A stretch of DNA of 64,000 nucleotides from an uncultured bacterium (GTDB lineage Bacteria; Patescibacteriota; Minisyncoccia; UBA6257; 2-01-FULL-56-20): NCBI GenBank assembly GCA_963768625.1, contig CAVYIK010000001.1, positions 2,706-66,705 on the forward strand. Reading direction: 5' to 3'. The notes under the pieces are model-generated. The model worked only from the letters and a program-made list of their open reading frames with translations. It did not search any database and was not told the origin of the DNA. Shown piece after piece: positions 59,077 through 64,000 of the stretch. Made by a program: the position numbers and the translations under genes. Each line of letters opens with the position of its first letter. Within the stretch, counting starts at the first letter, position 1.

Positions 59077-60423
59077 ATGGAAATACTTAAACTATTTTTT
59101 GAAAAAATTGAGAATAAGACTTACACAGTTTTTGCATTAATTGTAGGGCTTTTAATTCTTGTCGCGGCTTTTGTGGCTTCAGACAGTTTTATATCTAAAT
59201 ACATAACATCCAACTATCTAAAATGGGCGTATTTGTTAGTTTTAATTGTCTGGATAACATACTGGCTGTTTAATCGTTTTTGGATACCAACTAATAACCG
59301 AAAAAATACTGGGTTGGTAATATGTATCTATGCTGATACTCATGAAGCTGAACAGGCTTTAAAACTGGACTTTATTTCTTCTGTGAAAAAACAGATAGTT
59401 AATTCACAAATTGGCGAAGTATTTAACATTATAGTAATAAAAAATCATCTTGCAGCAAAATATAATAATTTCAAAACAATTAACGATCTTCATAAGAAAG
59501 TTAAAGGGCATATCTATATTTTTGGGGAGACAAAAAAAAGAAAGAATGGGGACGAACAATATTTTCTTTCATTGGATGGTTTAGTATTACACGCCCCAGT
59601 AAGTCAACAACTCAGTAACGAAATATCAAGAGATTTTGTTGCAACTTTGCCTAAAGGAATTAATTTTAAAGATGAGTTTGCTTTTCTCGGCTTTCAGATT
59701 TCCGCAAACATTGTTGTTAAATCTGTTGAGTATATTATTGGTTTGGTATCTTTTATATCTGGCAATTCTTTTCTAGCAATAAAGTTACATACGGATTTAA
59801 AAAATCAAATATTACTTATACCTCAAAATCAAAGATTGCCGGGCGATAATGTCATTTTGGGTAAGATTGACAATTTATTGGCAAATGAATATGCCGTCAC
59901 TTCCCAATATTATTTTGTCAAAAATGAAAAAACTAAAGCTGTAGAAAATCTAAATTTATCCCTCAAACTAAATGCTAATTGCTATCGAGCTTTAATAACT
60001 GAATCAATCATAGCTTTCAGTTGGGAAAATGATGCAAAAAAATCACTGGCAATCACAAAAAAGTGCCATAGTTTTGATTTTCCTGAATGGAGATACAACG
60101 AAGCCTTTCTATATTTCTGGCTAGGTGATTATTCGGCTGGATTGAAACAATGTATAAAAATTAAAAATCAAAACTATTCAAACGATTCTGTTGTCTCACA
60201 AGAAATAATAACTTTTAATGAAAATATTCTAGCATCAAATGATTCCATGCCTATTTTATATTTCTGGCTTGGCTATAACTATTACTATAAACAGAATAAT
60301 CTGCCAATGGCATTAAAAAACTTTGAATTATTTGAACAAAAATCAACCAGTAAAATGGTCGAGTTAAAACAGAAGACATCCGCTTGGTTAATTGATATTA
60401 AACAACAAATGAAAATTAAATAA
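59077..60423 (+). CDS. Uncharacterised membrane protein embedded between hsdS and hsdR, with two N-terminal TM helices, a central alpha/beta-looking domain and C-terminal TPR-like repeats
   Basis: There are 4-nt gaps on both sides. The TM helices are YTVFALIVGLLILVAAFVA and WAYLLVLIVWITYWLF. The centre reads GLVICIYADTHEAEQ...GHIYIFGETKKR. TPR-like stretches are AFLYFWLGDYSAGLKQCIKI and LYFWLGYNYYYKQNNLPMALKNFELF. No Walker or nuclease motifs were seen. Confidence 0.65.
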   Translation: MEILKLFFEKIENKTYTVFALIVGLLILVAAFVASDSFISKYITSNYLKWAYLLVLIVWITYWLFNRFWIPTNNRKNTGLVICIYADTHEAEQALKLDFISSVKKQIVNSQIGEVFNIIVIKNHLAAKYNNFKTINDLHKKVKGHIYIFGETKKRKNGDEQYFLSLDGLVLHAPVSQQLSNEISRDFVATLPKGINFKDEFAFLGFQISANIVVKSVEYIIGLVSFISGNSFLAIKLHTDLKNQILLIPQNQRLPGDNVILGKIDNLLANEYAVTSQYYFVKNEKTKAVENLNLSLKLNANCYRALITESIIAFSWENDAKKSLAITKKCHSFDFPEWRYNEAFLYFWLGDYSAGLKQCIKIKNQNYSNDSVVSQEIITFNENILASNDSMPILYFWLGYNYYYKQNNLPMALKNFELFEQKSTSKMVELKQKTSAWLIDIKQQMKIK

Positions 60424-60427
60424 TTTT

Positions 60428-63343
60428 ATGAAATTCAACGAACAACACACAATCGAAAATTACATCATCAAGTTTATTAAAGATAAACTAGGTTTTGAGT
60501 ATATAAAACCGGAGGAATTCGCCAAGCTCCGCGATCTTGAGAGTGAATATATTATCACTCCTCTTTTAGAAAAAGCCATCGGTATTCTTAACCCTACTGC
60601 AAATGAAAGTGAGATAAAGAATGTTATTCGTGAGGTCAGAAAACTTGATAACAACGAAACCTTTTTAAAAGCACTTCGAGATGGTATTAACCTCAAAAAT
60701 TCCGTTACGGGGAAAAAGCACGACTACAAACTGCTTGATTATGATAATCCGGAAAATAATCAATTCGTAGTCACTAACCAATTCTATTTTGAAGGAGATA
60801 CTGAAAATATCCGTCCAGACATTATGATTTTTGTGAATGGGCTTCCACTCGTAGATATTGAGGCAAAAAGTCCGACAGCTTCAGAGGGGGTTAGTTTTGA
60901 GAATGGTATTGATCAACTCAAGCGATATGAGAAGGTTGCCCGCAAACTATTCATCCCAAACTGCTTTAATATCGCAAGCGATGGACTAAAAACCGTCTAT
61001 GGTGCAACTGGCGCGCCGAAACAGTGTTTTCTCCAATGGCGAGATGAAGATGTTGAAAAAGAACTCGGCGGCGAGCTTGAGATGACACTTTATTCACTCC
61101 TTTCAAAGGCAAGTTTCTTGGATATTGTTCAAAACTTTATTCTGTTTGAAAAAGAGAAAGAGAAGTTAGTGAAGAAGATGGCTCGATATCAGCAAATGCG
61201 AGCAACCAACAAGATTGTTGAGAGAGTACTATCCAAAGAAAAACGACAAGGACTTATCTGGCATACACAAGGATCTGGCAAGACACTTACGATGTATTTT
61301 ACAGCTTGGAAATTGCGATTTAATAAACAACTCGCCAATCCAAAAGTGTTTATTTTGGTTGATCGCGTTGATTTAGATGACCAGATATTTGAGACGTTTA
61401 CCAACGCCGGAGGTAAAAATATCATCCGCGTCACTTCACGCAAGGATTTGGAGGAAAAAATCCAATCACCTGAAAAGGGCATATTCATTACAACTATTCA
61501 GAAGTTTTCTGAACTTGGTGATAAGGTAGAGAACCTAGATGAGAATGTAATTATTTTATCTGACGAGGCACATCGAGGTGATGAGGGTGTATCTGGTATT
61601 AATATGCGTAACGCTTTCAAAAAAGCATTTTTCTTTGGATTTACCGGAACGCCAGTTGATAAAACACATATAAATACTTTTAGAAACTACGAGGGCGAAG
61701 GAAAAAGATATCTTGATTATTACTCCATTCAACAGTCAATTGATGACGGGGCAACTATTCCGGTGACTTATGAAGCTCGGCTTTCAAAGTTTTCCATTGA
61801 TGAGGAGAAACTCGATCTTCAATTCGAGGAAATAGCCGGAGATCTTACTGATAAGCAAAAAACCGAGTTAATAAAGAAATATGGCAAGAAAGAAGCCTTG
61901 GTTAAACTGCCGAAACGAATGGAAGCTGTCGCACGGGATATTGTAGAGCACTATAAGCTCTATGTTGAACCGAACGGCTTCAAGGCTCAGATTGTCGCAT
62001 ATGACCGTGAAGCTGTAGCAAGTTACAAAAAACTCCTCGATAAGCTCATACCCTCTGAATGGTCGGCTGTAGTGTATTCGCCCGGAGATCCAAATAGCGA
62101 TTCGGACGACCTTAAAATTTACAACACAAGTAAGCGAGAGCGCGAACAGATTATTGAAAGGTTTAAAGATCCAAAATCCCCACTTCGATTTTTGCTCGTT
62201 TGCGATATGTTATTGACTGGATTTGATGCGCCTGTCGAGCAAGTGATGTATCTCGATAAGCCGCTTCGCGATCATAACCTTTTACAAGCGATTGCTCGCA
62301 CAAATCGTGTTTATAAAAACAAGGAAGCTGGCAAAATCATCGATTATTACGGAATTACACGTAATTTGTATGACGCTCTAGATTTTGATGAAGACATTAT
62401 CGACTCTGCGATGATCGATATAAATCGAGTCAAGGAAAGATTTTCTGATGTTTTAAGCGATATAATGAAAATCTTTACCGGAGTAAATATCGAAGATCCA
62501 TCAATGGATAATCTCCGCCGGTGCTTGAAGATTTTTATTGATAATCAAGACAAGCAAAAGTATTTTGCCGAAAAGTACGCAAAACTCAAAAGTCTATTCG
62601 AGTTTCTTTCACCCGATCCATTCTTAAAGCAATATATACGATCGTTTGAGTGGGTTACGAGTTTCTACTTGGCTTTTTTGAAGGAATTTCGAGGTGAAGA
62701 TGATCGTTACCTTCTAGAAGAGTATGGGGAGAAAATCAGAAAACTTATTCAAAAAAGCGATGTCATTGATTACGAAGGAATTACTAAAAACTTCCGTGAG
62801 CTTCGTGTGAATGACCTATATACACTTGAGCGACTCAAGGGTATGGATGAAGAAGAAAAGGCACTCAACCTTGAAAAGATGCTCAAACAGGAGATCTCAA
62901 TAAATCTTGACGAAAATCCCGCGTACCAAAAATTTAGTGAAAGGCTGACAGCTATCCGCCGAGAATTTGAACAAAATCAAATTGATCTCGCCGAACGCAT
63001 ACGCAGGTATGAGGAATTAATGAAAGACATAAAAACCAAAGGAGAAGAAGCTAAAGATTTAGGGTTTGATTTAAAAGAATACGCACTTTATACAATTTCG
63101 CAAGAATTTATAAGTGATGGTAATGATACTGATGTTAAAGAATTTGTAAAAGAGTTACGGATTAGGATCGAGGATGATCTTGACTCCGGTTGGCAGGAAT
63201 CTTCAAAACGAGATGTGTTTATCAAGGATATTAAACAAACATTACAAGAACTTATTTTGCGTGATTATAAAGATAAATTTACCGTAAAAGATTTTCCGAA
63301 ATTCTTGAATAGATTAGTGGATGTAATCATCAAAAAATTCTAG
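60428..63343 (+). CDS. hsdR: Type I restriction enzyme endonuclease/translocase subunit
   Basis: The N-terminal nuclease region is PDIMIFVNGLPLVDIEAK (D..E.K). The helicase motifs are HTQGSGKTLTM (I), LSDEAHRG (DEAH) and ...CDMLLTGFDAP...QAIARTNR. Confidence 0.95.
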   Translation: MKFNEQHTIENYIIKFIKDKLGFEYIKPEEFAKLRDLESEYIITPLLEKAIGILNPTANESEIKNVIREVRKLDNNETFLKALRDGINLKNSVTGKKHDYKLLDYDNPENNQFVVTNQFYFEGDTENIRPDIMIFVNGLPLVDIEAKSPTASEGVSFENGIDQLKRYEKVARKLFIPNCFNIASDGLKTVYGATGAPKQCFLQWRDEDVEKELGGELEMTLYSLLSKASFLDIVQNFILFEKEKEKLVKKMARYQQMRATNKIVERVLSKEKRQGLIWHTQGSGKTLTMYFTAWKLRFNKQLANPKVFILVDRVDLDDQIFETFTNAGGKNIIRVTSRKDLEEKIQSPEKGIFITTIQKFSELGDKVENLDENVIILSDEAHRGDEGVSGINMRNAFKKAFFFGFTGTPVDKTHINTFRNYEGEGKRYLDYYSIQQSIDDGATIPVTYEARLSKFSIDEEKLDLQFEEIAGDLTDKQKTELIKKYGKKEALVKLPKRMEAVARDIVEHYKLYVEPNGFKAQIVAYDREAVASYKKLLDKLIPSEWSAVVYSPGDPNSDSDDLKIYNTSKREREQIIERFKDPKSPLRFLLVCDMLLTGFDAPVEQVMYLDKPLRDHNLLQAIARTNRVYKNKEAGKIIDYYGITRNLYDALDFDEDIIDSAMIDINRVKERFSDVLSDIMKIFTGVNIEDPSMDNLRRCLKIFIDNQDKQKYFAEKYAKLKSLFEFLSPDPFLKQYIRSFEWVTSFYLAFLKEFRGEDDRYLLEEYGEKIRKLIQKSDVIDYEGITKNFRELRVNDLYTLERLKGMDEEEKALNLEKMLKQEISINLDENPAYQKFSERLTAIRREFEQNQIDLAERIRRYEELMKDIKTKGEEAKDLGFDLKEYALYTISQEFISDGNDTDVKEFVKELRIRIEDDLDSGWQESSKRDVFIKDIKQTLQELILRDYKDKFTVKDFPKFLNRLVDVIIKKF

Positions 63344-63347
63344 TTTT

Positions 63348-63896
63348 ATGAAAAAGAACATTTCGTACACTCTTAAAAGAAGCAGCAGGGCAAAACGGAT
63401 GCGTCTTGCGGTGTATTGTGATGGTAGTGTTGTGATTACTAGCCCGTATGGAATTCAGCAGTCGGTGGTTGAAAGATTTATTTCTGATAAAAAACAGTGG
63501 GTTTGGGATAAGATACAGTTTTTCAAGAGCGTGGACAGTAAGGCCATTAGAACCTTCTCGAAAAAAGACTACATAGAAAATAAGAATGAAGCTTTTGCGC
63601 TTGTAAGTGAGCGGGTCAAATTTTATAACAAGTTTTACAATTTTACGTTCAATAAAATCTACATCAAGAACCAAAAGACCCGTTGGGGTAGCTGTTCAAA
63701 TAAGCAAAATATAAATCTAAATTACAAAATAATATTTTTGCCACAGAGACATCAAGACTACATTATTGTGCACGAAATGTGTCACTTGAAAGAGTTTAAT
63801 CATTCCAGAAAATTTTGGGCACTTGTAGAAAGAGCCCTTCCTAACTATTTAGAGATTAAAAAAGAGCTTCGCAATCACGAGTTATTCTATAAATAA
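63348..63896 (+). CDS. DUF45/YgjP (M48/SprT-like) zinc metallopeptidase, commonly linked to type I R-M loci
   Basis: TRWGSCSNKQNINLNYKIIFLPQRHQDYIIVHEMCHLKEFNHSRKFWALV carries the HExxH motif. It starts 4 nt after the hsdR stop. Confidence 0.85.
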   Translation: MKKNISYTLKRSSRAKRMRLAVYCDGSVVITSPYGIQQSVVERFISDKKQWVWDKIQFFKSVDSKAIRTFSKKDYIENKNEAFALVSERVKFYNKFYNFTFNKIYIKNQKTRWGSCSNKQNINLNYKIIFLPQRHQDYIIVHEMCHLKEFNHSRKFWALVERALPNYLEIKKELRNHELFYK

Positions 63897-63945
63897 CTCG
63901 TGCGAAGATTAAAGTTTAATAAATTTTTTACATAATAATTATTTT

Positions 63946-64000
63946 ATGAACACTAACTACTTTCTCTACGCTCGAAAATCTACCGACGATAAAGACAAAC
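63946..64000 (+). CDS. Serine recombinase/resolvase-family protein, N-terminal 18 codons only (continues beyond the window)
   Basis: MNTNYFLYARKSTDDKDK... fits the Y-x-R-x-S-(T/S) catalytic-serine opening of resolvase-domain recombinases. Only 55 nt are visible. Confidence 0.45.
   Translation, partial: MNTNYFLYARKSTDDKDK

Larger units (their letters stand above)
52830..64000. mobile_element. AT-rich mosaic genomic island whose right end lies beyond the window. It carries an NlpC/P60 fragment, orphan genes, a 0.7-kb non-coding stretch, a type I R-M cassette and the 5' end of a serine recombinase gene.
   Basis: There is an abrupt visible drop in G+C and a change of codon style at about 52.83 kb. 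The region includes defence genes and a recombinase N-terminus at 63946. No flanking direct repeat could be identified within the window. Confidence 0.55.

Overview
Most of the window (1 to about 52.8 kb) is GC-rich bacterial chromosome, by eye roughly 55-65% G+C and not computed. From about 52.83 kb to the window end there is an AT-rich, mosaic genomic island. A Patescibacteria/CPR-like organism is my inference from several traits. These are giant FN3/Ig surface proteins, a PilM-PilN fusion, PG-binding and 3D-domain wall proteins, archaeal-type PdaD and PGI/PMI, compact division and F-ATPase operons, and TATAAT boxes only a few nt from start codons.

Gene order along the window:
- 5'-truncated giant adhesin-like gene (2-6031), followed by two paralogous surface or wall-binding genes
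- PilX-like and PilM/N-like genes
- pth, lepB, hisS, HIT, rpsU, yqeY, ybeY, ftsA, ftsZ
- rmuC, an RRM protein and a cluster-less MutY-like glycosylase
- GH18 plus three GH130 domains
- 3D-domain protein, an HTH, and an SDR-TM-ectodomain fusion
- tRNA-Thr(CGU) followed by a perfect 31-bp palindrome
- prfB (with the programmed CTT TGA C frameshift), ftsE, ftsX
- complete atpBEFHAGDC operon plus a coupled beta-carbonic-anhydrase-like gene
- PIG-L, MGMT, Gmad2 and mpg genes
- zwf-gnd fusion and PGI/PMI
- CBS, dedA, pdaD, a divergent carbamoyltransferase, an AI-2E permease, patatin and a PRTase
- the island: NlpC/P60 fragment, orphan genes, a six-gene type I R-M cassette and the start of a serine recombinase

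The best candidate for something new is the R-M cassette. It reads hsdM - unknown 273 aa - hsdS - unknown 448-aa TM/TPR-like - hsdR - DUF45 peptidase. The two unknowns occupy slots analogous to prrC.

Quality caveat: about 20 single-base frame breaks interrupt otherwise clear genes between 13.5 and 34.5 kb. The affected genes are hisS, yqeY, ftsA, ftsZ, GH18, GH130, the 3D-domain gene, prfB, ftsE, atpE and atpH. I found none elsewhere. I read this as consensus indel error rather than real pseudogenes. Frame-break positions were found by reading alternative frames and are approximate to a few nt. No rRNA or CRISPR array was seen.
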